A stretch of 64,000 nucleotides of DNA from an uncultured Spirochaetota bacterium (GTDB taxonomy: Bacteria > Spirochaetota > Spirochaetia > JAFGXN01), in the NCBI GenBank assembly GCA_944388995.1, contig CALXKN010000005.1, forward strand, positions 30,895 to 94,894. Reading direction: 5' to 3'. The position numbers were made by a program, and so were the translations under genes. The notes below the pieces were generated by a model. The model was given only the letters and a program-made list of their open reading frames with translations, had not been told where the DNA came from and searched no databases. Of this stretch, positions 55,444 through 64,000 are shown one piece after another; position 1 is the stretch's first letter; the number at the start of each line of letters is the position of its first letter.

Positions 55444-55781
55444 GTGTCTCCGGCATTATACCATAAATCTTCCAGCCGGTAAAAATCCCTCGACTCTTTG
55501 TCCATAAGATTGACGGTAAAGGTTCCGCAATCCCAATAAAACCACTTTTCTCCGTTTAACGGTCTTCTGTTCAGCGGGCGGAGGCCTTTTTCATCCAGCC
55601 ACTCTTCCAAATAACGGGAAACACCGCTTAAATGACTGCGGCTCGTATAAGTACCGATGAGAGCATAATCAACGAACCGGTTGAGTCCGCGTAAATCGTA
55701 AAGTCCGCAATCGAGACATTTGTTTTCAATCAGTAAATTCAGCGCTTCTTCAGCAATCTTACCGACAGACTTTTCCATCAA
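55374..55781 (-). CDS. rsfS: Ribosomal silencing factor RsfS (iojap family) with Ser-rich C-terminal tail
   Basis: Core matches the family (FVDYALIGTYTSRSH ... TVNLMDKESRDFYRLEDLW). The last ~21 aa are antisense to the acidic gene. Confidence 0.8.
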   Translation of the reverse strand: MMEKSVGKIAEEALNLLIENKCLDCGLYDLRGLNRFVDYALIGTYTSRSHLSGVSRYLEEWLDEKGLRPLNRRPLNGEKWFYWDCGTFTVNLMDKESRDFYRLEDLWYNAGDTQNSSSSPTESYISSSKSSSSSS

Positions 55782-56955
55782 AATCTTTCCCTAAAATAAT
55801 AATAAAATGCGGCAATAAAATTTCCGACTCGCTTTGATTCATCGGTTTATCCAAAACCCGGAAATTGCTGCACCCGATTATATCGCCAATCAAATTCAGA
55901 ATGTCAGGATGACCGATGCAGTCAATGATCTGAGTCTTTTCCACATCGGTATTCTCGTTGTTTCTGACATTAATGATATTGTACCCGAAACTTTTGTAGA
56001 GCTCGCCCGTCTGCCGCGCCAAACCGTTGACCGTGGTCCCGTTTAAAATTTCCAGATTGATATTCAGCAAATTTTCCTGAGAGAGTTCCGGATTGGAAAT
56101 CGCGTTGTTGATGTTCCTTACCAGATTTTTCAGCGCCGCCCCGTTTTGCTGCGGAAAAAAGACTTCCGTTTCATTTCCGAGTTTTTCCGTCGCTCCGTAG
56201 GTCAGTTTATAATCGGTTTCCTCACTCTTGAGACGCTTCATTTCCTTCAAAAAAGATTTAAAGGCTGTTTTATCCCAATCGGTTTCCATAAAGGAAAAAA
56301 TCTTCCGGAAAACCGATTTTTTTGTGAAAAATTCGGATTGCAGCCCCAGCTCCGCGTAAAAATCGTTCGTAAAAGCCATCACCTCGTTCTGCAGTTCACT
56401 GATCATACAGTCTTTCAGATAGAACGGCGTTTTGAAGCCGTCAATCCGGTAACTTCCCAGCGGAATGGAGTACACCATGCCGTCTTCTCCCGGAATATCC
56501 TTCGGATTGAGAACAAAAACTTCGATTCCTCCAAGCAAATCGACAAGGCGTCCCAAATCGCCGATCTCCATATCAACCGTAAATTCGATTTCATCATTGA
56601 TCAGATGTTCGACGGCTTCCTTATATTTTCCGGGATTTCCCGGTTTGTAAACGGCGTCGATCCGGTCAATCCGCTTCAAGGACGGCAGCAGTTCGCCGGC
56701 GTTTTTCGGAATATCCAAAAAACCGGCGCGCTGCGTAACGGGGCTGTAAAACATGATATTGGAAAAGACGATCTCTCCGGTTTCGCCGTCATGAACGACG
56801 GTCAGAACCGAAAAAGATTCATTGCGGTTGACCAGATCGCTGACGCTGTCGGAGTGAAAAAGGATGTATAAGACAACCGCGCCGACAAGAAAAAGCAAAA
56901 CGATAAAAGCGATCAGAAAAAAACCTCGATCCAACTTTTTGAAAGGATTTCTCAT
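55759..56955 (-). CDS. LytR-CpsA-Psr (LCP) family protein with LytR_C-like C-terminal domain
   Basis: N-terminal TM anchor and an LCP core (SVLTVVHDGETGEIVFSNIMFYSPV ... IDRIDAVY). Confidence 0.75.
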   Translation of the reverse strand: MRNPFKKLDRGFFLIAFIVLLFLVGAVVLYILFHSDSVSDLVNRNESFSVLTVVHDGETGEIVFSNIMFYSPVTQRAGFLDIPKNAGELLPSLKRIDRIDAVYKPGNPGKYKEAVEHLINDEIEFTVDMEIGDLGRLVDLLGGIEVFVLNPKDIPGEDGMVYSIPLGSYRIDGFKTPFYLKDCMISELQNEVMAFTNDFYAELGLQSEFFTKKSVFRKIFSFMETDWDKTAFKSFLKEMKRLKSEETDYKLTYGATEKLGNETEVFFPQQNGAALKNLVRNINNAISNPELSQENLLNINLEILNGTTVNGLARQTGELYKSFGYNIINVRNNENTDVEKTQIIDCIGHPDILNLIGDIIGCSNFRVLDKPMNQSESEILLPHFIIILGKDFDGKVCR

Positions 56956-57509
56956 TTCCGTTTTCTCCTTAAAAAAGCCGCTTCCTTTTCCGTATCGGGA
57001 TGAAGCGGGCGTCCCGTTTTTGTGAAATAATCCTCAGTCGCCTCGATGACCGCAAGCACAGCCTCTTCCGACGGAAGGGAGACAATGCGGCGGCGGAAAG
57101 CTTCGCCGACAAAGTTCCGGTCCCGCGAGATATAATCCGCGACAAACACAATCTGCGCCGTCTTCCCCATCCCCGGAAAACCCAATGTATGATAACGGAT
57201 TGCTTCCAAAACTTCAAGATCATTGACTGAAAATTCAGCGGCGGCAATCCGTTCCCCGGCAAAACCGTGAAGCAGGACGGGAGGATTCCGGTAAGGATCG
57301 AAACAGCTTTCGGGAAGAAGGCGGTTTAACCGGTCTGCGGAAAATTCGCGCGCAATATCGTGGAGTACGGCCGCCGTGTAGGCGCGGACCGGATTTTCTC
57401 CGTAAAGCGAAGCCAGTTTCACCGCCTGCGCGGCAACGGCCAGCGAATGCGCATACCGTTTTCGGGAAAGCCGGCGGGCGGCTTCCGCCGTCATTTCGGT
57501 CAAAGTCAT
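56952..57509 (-). CDS. yqeK: HD-domain protein YqeK (bis(5'-nucleosyl)-tetraphosphatase-type)
   Basis: HS...HD motif (YAHSLAV ... VLHDIARE). It sits in the conserved position after nadD. Confidence 0.8.
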   Translation of the reverse strand: MTLTEMTAEAARRLSRKRYAHSLAVAAQAVKLASLYGENPVRAYTAAVLHDIAREFSADRLNRLLPESCFDPYRNPPVLLHGFAGERIAAAEFSVNDLEVLEAIRYHTLGFPGMGKTAQIVFVADYISRDRNFVGEAFRRRIVSLPSEEAVLAVIEATEDYFTKTGRPLHPDTEKEAAFLRRKRK

Positions 57510-58087
57510 CGGTAAAGACCCTCATTTTTGATGAAAGCGGCCGTCACGGGTAAAAGTCCCGGAACTTCCGCCGGCGGCATACCGTCGGCAATCCGGCGGC
57601 GGATTTCCGATGATGAATACGGAATTGGGGAAATCTCCAGAAAGCGGATGCGGAACCCTTTCGGAAAAACAGGAATTTCCCCGCCGCTGCGGCGAAAAAT
57701 CAAAAAATCGGTCATCCGGCTCAGCTCCTCAGGATCCTTCCAGCGGGGCAAATCCGGTAAAATATCATCGCCTCCAATCCAAGTGACGGCAGCGCCGGGA
57801 AAACGGCCGCGGATACAGCGGATTGTGTCGACCGAATACGACGGAGCGCCGCGGCTGATTTCACTCCGGTCGATTTCAGCGGGCAAACAGGGAACCTCTT
57901 TCAATGCGTCTTCAAGCATCCGCAATCGGAGAGAGGCGGAAACGGAACCCGGATGCTTGAACGGCGAAAGCGCGGCCGGAACAAAAAAGAAACGGTCGAA
58001 GCGGCCGCGGCGGTACGCTTCCTGTGCGACCGTCAAATGCCCCTGATGGACAGGATCGAAGGAACCGCCGAAAAGCGCAATCTTCAC
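57506..58087 (-). CDS. nadD: Nicotinate-nucleotide adenylyltransferase
   Basis: GGSFDPVHQGH nucleotidyltransferase motif and a C-terminal SSSEIR. Confidence 0.9.
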   Translation of the reverse strand: MKIALFGGSFDPVHQGHLTVAQEAYRRGRFDRFFFVPAALSPFKHPGSVSASLRLRMLEDALKEVPCLPAEIDRSEISRGAPSYSVDTIRCIRGRFPGAAVTWIGGDDILPDLPRWKDPEELSRMTDFLIFRRSGGEIPVFPKGFRIRFLEISPIPYSSSEIRRRIADGMPPAEVPGLLPVTAAFIKNEGLYR

Positions 58088-59082
58088 AACGGCTGCCCCT
58101 CCGCCAACTTTAAAAATGTGAGGGCGACCGTTTCCAGGCCTTCGCGGGTAAAGGAAGAAAGCGGCAGCACCGTTTCTTCCGGCAAGGATTTTTTCAGCTC
58201 TTCGAATGCGGCGGCGGATTCCGGCAAGTCGGTTTTGGTGACGATAACGACACGCGGTTTTCCGCTCAGTCCGGAGCCGTAGCGGCGCAGCTCGTTTAAA
58301 AGCAGCGGAAACGTTTCCGGAGCCCGGGAATCGCTTCCGTCGATCAAAAATGCCAATGCCTTGGTCCGGGAAATGTGCTTGAGAAATTTAAAACCGAGTC
58401 CGGCTCCCTCTCCGGCGCCTTCAATGATTCCGGGAATATCGGCCAGCACAAGCGTCTCTCCCCGGACGGAGAGGACGCCCAGATTCGGGACTTTCGTCGT
58501 AAACGGATAAGGAGCAATCTCCGGGCGGGCATTGGTCAAAGCGTCAAGAAGACTTGATTTTCCCGCGTTGGGAAATCCGACAAATCCGATATCCGCGATT
58601 AAATTGATTTCGACTTTGATACGCCGCTCTTCTCCGGGTTTACCGCTCTGCGCATAGCGCGGCGCCTGATTGACGGAAGACTTGAAGTTGCGGTTTCCTT
58701 TTCCGCCGATTCCTCCTTTCAGAAAGACAAAATCACCTTCCGATTGCGTTAAATCCGCAAGAATTTCTCCCGTATCGGGATCTTTGATCACCGTGCCGGG
58801 AGGAACTTCAATAATGACGGGAGATCCGTCTTTTCCGAAGCGGTTCCCTCCCTTTCCTGGTTCACCGTTTTCCGCACGCCATGCGTGCTTCATCGTCAAA
58901 TGAGAAAGTGTTTTCACATTTTGTTTGACCCGGAAGAGAACATCACCGCCTCGCCCTCCGTCTCCGCCGTCGGGACCTCCTTTCGGAACAAATTTCTCCC
59001 GTCGGAAAGAGACGGCACCGGCTCCTCCGTTCCCCGAAGAAACAACGAGGACGGTTTCGTCAATAAACCCGCGCACGGACAC
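58084..59082 (-). CDS. obg: GTPase Obg/CgtA
   Basis: Glycine-rich Obg fold (GNGGAGAVSFRREKF, GGPDGGDGGRGG) and G-domain motif GFPNAGKSS. Confidence 0.95.
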   Translation of the reverse strand: MSVRGFIDETVLVVSSGNGGAGAVSFRREKFVPKGGPDGGDGGRGGDVLFRVKQNVKTLSHLTMKHAWRAENGEPGKGGNRFGKDGSPVIIEVPPGTVIKDPDTGEILADLTQSEGDFVFLKGGIGGKGNRNFKSSVNQAPRYAQSGKPGEERRIKVEINLIADIGFVGFPNAGKSSLLDALTNARPEIAPYPFTTKVPNLGVLSVRGETLVLADIPGIIEGAGEGAGLGFKFLKHISRTKALAFLIDGSDSRAPETFPLLLNELRRYGSGLSGKPRVVIVTKTDLPESAAAFEELKKSLPEETVLPLSSFTREGLETVALTFLKLAEGQPL

Positions 59083-59090
59083 TCCGGCGA

Positions 59091-59342
59091 TTATTGAGCA
59101 ATGATGTTAATGTAATGGCGACCGGCTCTTTTTTTGAATTCGACAACGCCGTCAGAAGTCGCAAAAATTGTAAAATCTTTGCCCAAACCGGCGCAAACAC
59201 CGGGATGGAAACGGGTTCCTCTTTGACGAACAATGATTTCACCCGCTTTTACGGTTTGACCGCCGAAGCGTTTCACTCCCAAACGTTTTGATTGAGAATC
59301 GCGGCCGTTTTTAGAGCTTCCGCCCCCTTTTTTATGTGCCAT
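59091..59342 (-). CDS. rpmA: 50S ribosomal protein L27 (no N-terminal propeptide)
   Basis: It begins [16 protein letters not shown], as E. coli L27 does. An in-frame TAG lies 5 codons upstream of the ATG. Confidence 0.95.
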   Translation of the reverse strand: MAHKKGGGSSKNGRDSQSKRLGVKRFGGQTVKAGEIIVRQRGTRFHPGVCAGLGKDFTIFATSDGVVEFKKRAGRHYINIIAQ

Positions 59343-59346
59343 AGTC

Positions 59347-59682
59347 TTACCTCTCTATTTCACAAATCTGCAAATCGACCGATCGGGGAACATCCGCCTT
59401 GACGGATGTAATTCCCAAAAGGAAAAATTCGCAAACTCCTTTCCATGATTCAAATTCTTCTGCCGGCAAACCGGTCACTTCAAGAAAAGCTTCGCCTCTT
59501 TCCGGAAACGCAAAACTGTATTCGATCGCCGGATGATTTTCCAAGTAGAAAAACAAACTTCTCACCAGAACCGAAACGGCAGCGCACACCGGATCTCCGA
59601 GTTTCAGCCGGCGGCCGGCGTGACCGGTTACCGACAACCCGTAAAGGCAACCGCCCCGAACGCGGGCGGAAACGTCAATCAT
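59347..59682 (-). CDS. prp: Ribosomal-processing cysteine protease Prp homologue (DUF464)
   Basis: It sits between rplU and rpmA. It has GHAG at His21 and DPVCAAVS at Cys33, which match the Prp catalytic dyad positions. Confidence 0.75.
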   Translation of the reverse strand: MIDVSARVRGGCLYGLSVTGHAGRRLKLGDPVCAAVSVLVRSLFFYLENHPAIEYSFAFPERGEAFLEVTGLPAEEFESWKGVCEFFLLGITSVKADVPRSVDLQICEIER

Positions 59683-59993
59683 CAGCCGACAACTTCTTCG
59701 ACTTTGACAAACGAATACGGCTGACGGTGACCGATGGTCCGCATATAACCTTTCCGTTTTTTGAATTTAACAGTCGTCACTTTCTTGTCTTTCTTCAAAT
59801 CTTGAACAGAGACAACGACTTTTGCATTTTGAACATAAGGCTGTCCGACGGAAACTTTATCGCCGTCGCTGACCAATAAAACCGAATCGAATTCGATTTT
59901 ATCGCCCGTTTCATTGTCCAATTTATCAACCTTCAAAACGGCATCTTTTTCCGCCTTATACTGTTTGCCTTTAATTTCAACCAAAGCGTACAT
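59682..59993 (-). CDS. rplU: 50S ribosomal protein L21
   Basis: MYALVEIKGKQYK and KVTTVKFKKRKGY match L21. Confidence 0.95.
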   Translation of the reverse strand: MYALVEIKGKQYKAEKDAVLKVDKLDNETGDKIEFDSVLLVSDGDKVSVGQPYVQNAKVVVSVQDLKKDKKVTTVKFKKRKGYMRTIGHRQPYSFVKVEEVVG

Positions 59994-60023
59994 AACTATC
60001 CCTCGGAAACAAATCTTCGTTCT

Positions 60024-60052
60024 TCTATATCATATTCAAAGAAAAATAACAA
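60024..60052 (-). promoter_or_regulatory. Candidate promoter of the rplU-prp-rpmA-obg operon
   Basis: On the minus strand: TTGTTA, 17 nt, TATAGA. Confidence 0.4.
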
Positions 60053-60059
60053 GAGGTTT

Positions 60060-61805
60060 TTACATCTTTTTTAAATATGGAATTCCTGTCAGATAAAAAG
60101 CCTTCTTCATAACCTCTAAAACAGCCTTTACCAGTTTCAGACGGGCAACACCTGTTTCTTTGTCTTCGGCATTTAAAACCGGGTAATCATGATAAAAGCG
60201 GCTGAAAGTTTTTGCCAAATCATAAAGATATTCGGTTAAAACCGACGGATCCGATTCGGTCGCCGCCTTGCGGACGCGGTCGGGATAAGCAAGAACCGCT
60301 TTGATCAGCCGCCGCTCCGAAGCCGAGTTCAATTTTTCGGGCACAAATTCGATTCCGCTGAATTCCTCCTTTCGTTCTTCGAATTTGGAAAGGATAGCGG
60401 TCATGCGGGTCGCCATGTATTGCAAGTAAGGACCGGTTTCCCCGTTAAAAGAGAGAGATTCTTTTGGATTAAAAACCATGTCTTTCGTCGGAGATTTTGA
60501 AAGCAAAAAGTAATTGAGCGCACCGAGAGCGATCTTTTCCGCCGTTTCATCAACGTTTTCTACTTCTGCACTCTTTTCTTTATTTTTCATCTCTTCTTTT
60601 GCCATCTGAGCCAGCTCGTTCAGCAAGTCATCGGCATCAACAACCGTCCCTTCCCGGCTTTTCATCCGTCCTTCGGGAAGATTGACCATTCCGTAAGAAA
60701 GGTGGCGAAGATTCTTCGCCCAGCTGTACCCCAACTTTTCGAGAACATAAAACAGAACTTTAAAATGATACTGCTGTTCGCTGGCTACGACGTAAATCAT
60801 CTGATCAAACGGCCAATCTTTGTGTCGGGCGACAGCTGTTCCCAGATCCTGTGTAATGTAGAGGCTGGTTCCGTCCGCGCGCAGAAGAACCTTTTTATCC
60901 AGACCGATCGGAGCTAAATCGACCCAAACCGAACCGTCGCTTTCTTTGTAGAAAATCCCCTCTTCCAATCCGCGAAGGATATCGGCCTTCCCCTGTAAAT
61001 AAGTTTCACTTTCAAAGTAAAAGCGGTCGAAAGAGACATCGGTGCGCCGGTACGTCTCTTTGATGCCGGAAACCGCCCAATCGTTCATCTTTTTCCACAA
61101 AGCACGCACCTCTTCGTCGCCGCTCTCCCAGTCAATCAACATTTTCCGAACCCGTTCCATTGCCGACGGATCGGCTTTCGACCACTGTTCAAAACGGACA
61201 TACCAATCTCCAACAAAACGATCGCTTTTGACCCCGGCGGTTTCCGGGGTTTCCCCGCCGCCGAATTCCTTGTACGCCAGCATCGACTTGCAGATATGGA
61301 CGCCGCGGTCGTTGATCAAATTGACTTTAACGACTTCGGCTCCGTCGGCTTTCAGTATCCTTGAAACGCTCTCTCCGAGCGAATCGTTTCGCATATGACC
61401 CAAATGAAGCGGCTTGTTCGTGTTGGGGCAGGAAAACTCAATCATAACCCGCTTTCCTTTTCCTCCATCGGTTTTTCCGAAATCGGGATTTTCAGCGCTC
61501 TCCGCCGCCATTCGCGCTAAATCGGGAAGATTGTAAAAGAGGTTGACGTAGGCGCCGGCAGCTTCCGTTCGGCAGCCGGAAATTTCTTGTACAAGCGGAG
61601 CAACAGCCGCAGCAATTTCCGCCGGATTGGTTTTGAAGACTTTAGCGTAAGGAAACATTGGAAAGGCCGCATCGCCCAACTCTTCCTGAGGCGGCAGTCC
61701 CGGAATCGGTTCGGGAAAATTTCCCGCATCCGTTTGACGCTCTTCCGCCAACCGTTTTAAGGCGGCCGCCACGGCTTGCGCCGCTTTTTTCGCTTCACTT
61801 TCCAT
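60060..61805 (-). CDS. argS: Arginine--tRNA ligase
   Basis: HIGH-type PLHLGHMRN, the RMKSREG loop, and a DALR anticodon-binding C-terminus ending in ...YLKKM. Confidence 0.95.
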   Translation of the reverse strand: MESEAKKAAQAVAAALKRLAEERQTDAGNFPEPIPGLPPQEELGDAAFPMFPYAKVFKTNPAEIAAAVAPLVQEISGCRTEAAGAYVNLFYNLPDLARMAAESAENPDFGKTDGGKGKRVMIEFSCPNTNKPLHLGHMRNDSLGESVSRILKADGAEVVKVNLINDRGVHICKSMLAYKEFGGGETPETAGVKSDRFVGDWYVRFEQWSKADPSAMERVRKMLIDWESGDEEVRALWKKMNDWAVSGIKETYRRTDVSFDRFYFESETYLQGKADILRGLEEGIFYKESDGSVWVDLAPIGLDKKVLLRADGTSLYITQDLGTAVARHKDWPFDQMIYVVASEQQYHFKVLFYVLEKLGYSWAKNLRHLSYGMVNLPEGRMKSREGTVVDADDLLNELAQMAKEEMKNKEKSAEVENVDETAEKIALGALNYFLLSKSPTKDMVFNPKESLSFNGETGPYLQYMATRMTAILSKFEERKEEFSGIEFVPEKLNSASERRLIKAVLAYPDRVRKAATESDPSVLTEYLYDLAKTFSRFYHDYPVLNAEDKETGVARLKLVKAVLEVMKKAFYLTGIPYLKKM

Positions 61806-61820
61806 ACAAACTCCTTGAGA

Positions 61821-63554
61821 TTACGATTTTAAAGCAAGTTTTTCGATATTATAAAAATCGGAGAGAACCGTTTTGGCTTCGCGGACCGATTCGATGAGCT
61901 TCTTTGAATTTTCTATAAATTCTTTGTTGTTGACGGTTTTAAATGATTTCAAATTGGAAACGGTATCGTAACTTTCGGATGATTCTCCGTACAAAAAACC
62001 GGTGAACAATTTTTCCAGGACGTCGATATTGACGATAAACTCTTGGATCTCCCGGGAAATATCCACTTCTTTCATATCGATAATATTGTGCAGAAAACCG
62101 GAGTTGGAATTGAGCACCTCGGCGTCGGTCAGCGAACACGCCGCTTTCAGATTTTTAAAAATAGACCCGTTTTTTGAAAACATCTTTTCGATTTCGTTGA
62201 TGTATTCAAGGGTCGAACGGGTTTTGTTGTAAACATTGGAAAGGGCCGTTTTGTTTTCCTGCTTATAGAAAAGCCCTTCCGCCAGCATCGGCTTGACAAC
62301 GGCGGAAATTCCGTTCATCTGGGAGGAGATGAAAAATTTGCAGAAGGCCAGAGTTTTTTCAAAGACAACAGTGACATTGACATCCGACCAAACCTCGTTG
62401 ACATAGCCTTTCAGATACGGGAAAGAATCAAGCCCGTAAATTTCCTTCATTTTTAAAGTCAGATTATTTAATTGAATCAAGTGCGAGTATTTATCGATCA
62501 AACGGTCCCGATAGCGCGAAACGCGGTTCTTAAATTCGAAAAACCAGTCGTCGGACGGTTTTTTATCTTCCTGCGGCGAAAACGAAGTGGTTTTCAAAGC
62601 AAATTCCGCCAAATCTTCGATCGGAACAATTTTTTGAAACCTTTTAACTGAATTGAGCAGAGAATTCAGATACTCCATCATCTCTTTTCTGTTGAATTTA
62701 TCCCTATTTTCCGATTTTTTAATAACATATGCAATCAGCAGAATAAAAAAATCACAATTCGGAGCCACAGAAAAGTCCGAAAAAACGACAGCCAGGTTTT
62801 TCAATTCATCCGCAACGGAGGAAGCGCTCCGGTTCAAAATCAGTTTATTAATCAGCAAACGAAACGGATACGCTGTCAAATTCCGGCAGGCGCTTAAATC
62901 ATCGGCAACAACCTGAATACGCTCTTTAATCGGAGTCGGAAATTTCAGCAGAAAGGTGTTAAATTCGTCATTCAGCCGCCGCCGAATGACGGACACATCA
63001 TTGATATCTTCGGTTACAAAATGACTCAAAGTAACGGAATCCCTGAATTTCAGAGCCGTATCGGGGAAAAGTTCTTCAAAAGCAAAAAAATAAAAGTCTC
63101 CCGGTTCGTTTTCTCCCTCAACGGACTTTAAAAACGTCTTCATTTGATTCAAACTTTCATGAAGAAGCGCAATCTGATCGGCAAAAATGTTAGTCAGTGT
63201 AAATCCGTCCGAAGAGATCATCGGCGTCGGAGGCGATGACAGGGAATTACCCAAATTTTCGAGAAGCGTCATTTCGACGGCTTTATTGAAATCAATCCTT
63301 TTAAAGAGTTGTTTGCAAAAAACCAGAAATTTCTGCAAAAGTGAAAGTTTTTCGTATTTTTGGCGAAGTGTACGAATCCGTTTTTCATTGTATTCGATTT
63401 TCTTTTCTTCTTCGTGTGAATCTTTGATCTCCCTGAAAGGAATCCCGGCGGACGATGAAGGCGCCTGTCTGCCTTTGAGTTTTTTTAAAAGCTCTTCACG
63501 CTCAGCCTCCTTGACCTCATGAGCCAATTCACTCAATAAAGTTCGATCGTCCAT
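61821..63554 (-). CDS. Hypothetical protein, 577 aa, AT-rich gene
   Basis: Long uninterrupted ORF. The sequence is mostly helical and rich in Lys/Asn/Phe. No motif recognised. Confidence 0.55.
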   Translation of the reverse strand: MDDRTLLSELAHEVKEAEREELLKKLKGRQAPSSSAGIPFREIKDSHEEEKKIEYNEKRIRTLRQKYEKLSLLQKFLVFCKQLFKRIDFNKAVEMTLLENLGNSLSSPPTPMISSDGFTLTNIFADQIALLHESLNQMKTFLKSVEGENEPGDFYFFAFEELFPDTALKFRDSVTLSHFVTEDINDVSVIRRRLNDEFNTFLLKFPTPIKERIQVVADDLSACRNLTAYPFRLLINKLILNRSASSVADELKNLAVVFSDFSVAPNCDFFILLIAYVIKKSENRDKFNRKEMMEYLNSLLNSVKRFQKIVPIEDLAEFALKTTSFSPQEDKKPSDDWFFEFKNRVSRYRDRLIDKYSHLIQLNNLTLKMKEIYGLDSFPYLKGYVNEVWSDVNVTVVFEKTLAFCKFFISSQMNGISAVVKPMLAEGLFYKQENKTALSNVYNKTRSTLEYINEIEKMFSKNGSIFKNLKAACSLTDAEVLNSNSGFLHNIIDMKEVDISREIQEFIVNIDVLEKLFTGFLYGESSESYDTVSNLKSFKTVNNKEFIENSKKLIESVREAKTVLSDFYNIEKLALKS

Positions 63555-63605
63555 AAATTTATTATACCGAAAAACGAAAGACAGTCAAACCTTTTTCCTG
63601 TGATG

Positions 63606-63634
63606 TTGTCAAAAAATAAAAAAATCTTTATAAT
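63606..63634 (+). promoter_or_regulatory. Candidate promoter of leuA
   Basis: TTGTCA, 17 nt, then a perfect TATAAT. GGAG lies at 63648-63651 and the ATG at 63658. Confidence 0.6.
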
Positions 63635-63657
63635 TGATACAAATAATGGAGTTTCCT

Positions 63658-64000
63658 ATGGAGCGAATCTTTATCTTTGACACGACTTTGCGCGACGGCG
63701 AACAGGCTCCCGGCGCGTCAATGACCCTTGATCAAAAACTGGCTGTCGCCAGGCAGTTGGAAATTCTCGGCGTCGATATTATTGAAGCGGGATTTCCCGT
63801 CTCTTCACCGTACCAGTTTGAAACGGTACAGGCGGTTGCCGCTGAGATCAGAAATGCCACAATCGCCGCATTGGCAAGGGCCGTCCGCAGCGACATCGAT
63901 AAGGCGGCCGAATCGATTCGGAAGGCCTGTTCGGGGCGTATTCACACGTTTATCGCGACCAGCCCCATCCATATGGAATACAAACTGAAAAAAACACCGG
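63658..64000 (+). CDS. leuA: 2-isopropylmalate synthase, N-terminal 114 codons (3' end outside window)
   Basis: I translated it by hand: [51 protein letters not shown]... This is the canonical HMGL-like N-terminus. The frame stays open to the window end. Confidence 0.9.
   Translation, partial: MERIFIFDTTLRDGEQAPGASMTLDQKLAVARQLEILGVDIIEAGFPVSSPYQFETVQAVAAEIRNATIAALARAVRSDIDKAAESIRKACSGRIHTFIATSPIHMEYKLKKTP

Noticed and set aside
63728-63988. 86-aa plus-strand ORF.
   Set aside because: It is an alternative frame inside leuA. The leuA frame from ATG 63658 gives the canonical isopropylmalate synthase N-terminus.
1-64000. CRISPR arrays, rRNA genes, IS elements, integrases or recognisable defence systems.
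   Set aside because: I saw no spaced direct repeats, no rRNA-like sequence, and no transposase, integrase or recombinase ORFs. Nearly all of the sequence is accounted for by housekeeping genes.

Overview
This window looks like a core chromosomal segment of a spirochaete-type bacterium. That assignment is an inference from a ~900-aa GreA, loose spirochaetal lipoboxes and gene order.

It holds about 58 tightly packed protein-coding genes and one tRNA-Gln. I found no rRNA, no CRISPR array and no intact mobile element.

The content is mainly housekeeping:
- mrdA-rodA
- recA-scpA-scpB-rluB-cmk-rpsA
- a six-gene polyamine operon
- guaB-purA-guaA
- miaB
- folD-purH
- recJ-recO
- lepA, ftsH, tilS, pth, ctc
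- spoVG-ispE
- rplU-prp-rpmA-obg-nadD-yqeK-LCP-rsfS
- argS
- leuA, cut by the window end

The only accessory-looking stretch is a ~1.1-kb AT-rich gap (19019-20095). It carries a frameshifted, truncated ParA-type ATPase remnant.

I did not find a convincing new multi-gene system. The observations most worth follow-up are:
1. Both known spermidine routes sit in one operon behind a ~270-nt leader.
2. A Prp protease with its catalytic residues intact sits next to an L27 gene that has no propeptide.
3. purH is split by an in-frame TGA in the interdomain linker.
4. A 79-aa protein that is 54% Asp/Glu has its own promoter and convergently overlaps rsfS.
5. Several unknowns deserve a look: a fused radical SAM gene coupled to rodA, the giant GreA N-terminus, and surface lipoproteins.

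All family names are recalled from motif recognition, not from database searches.
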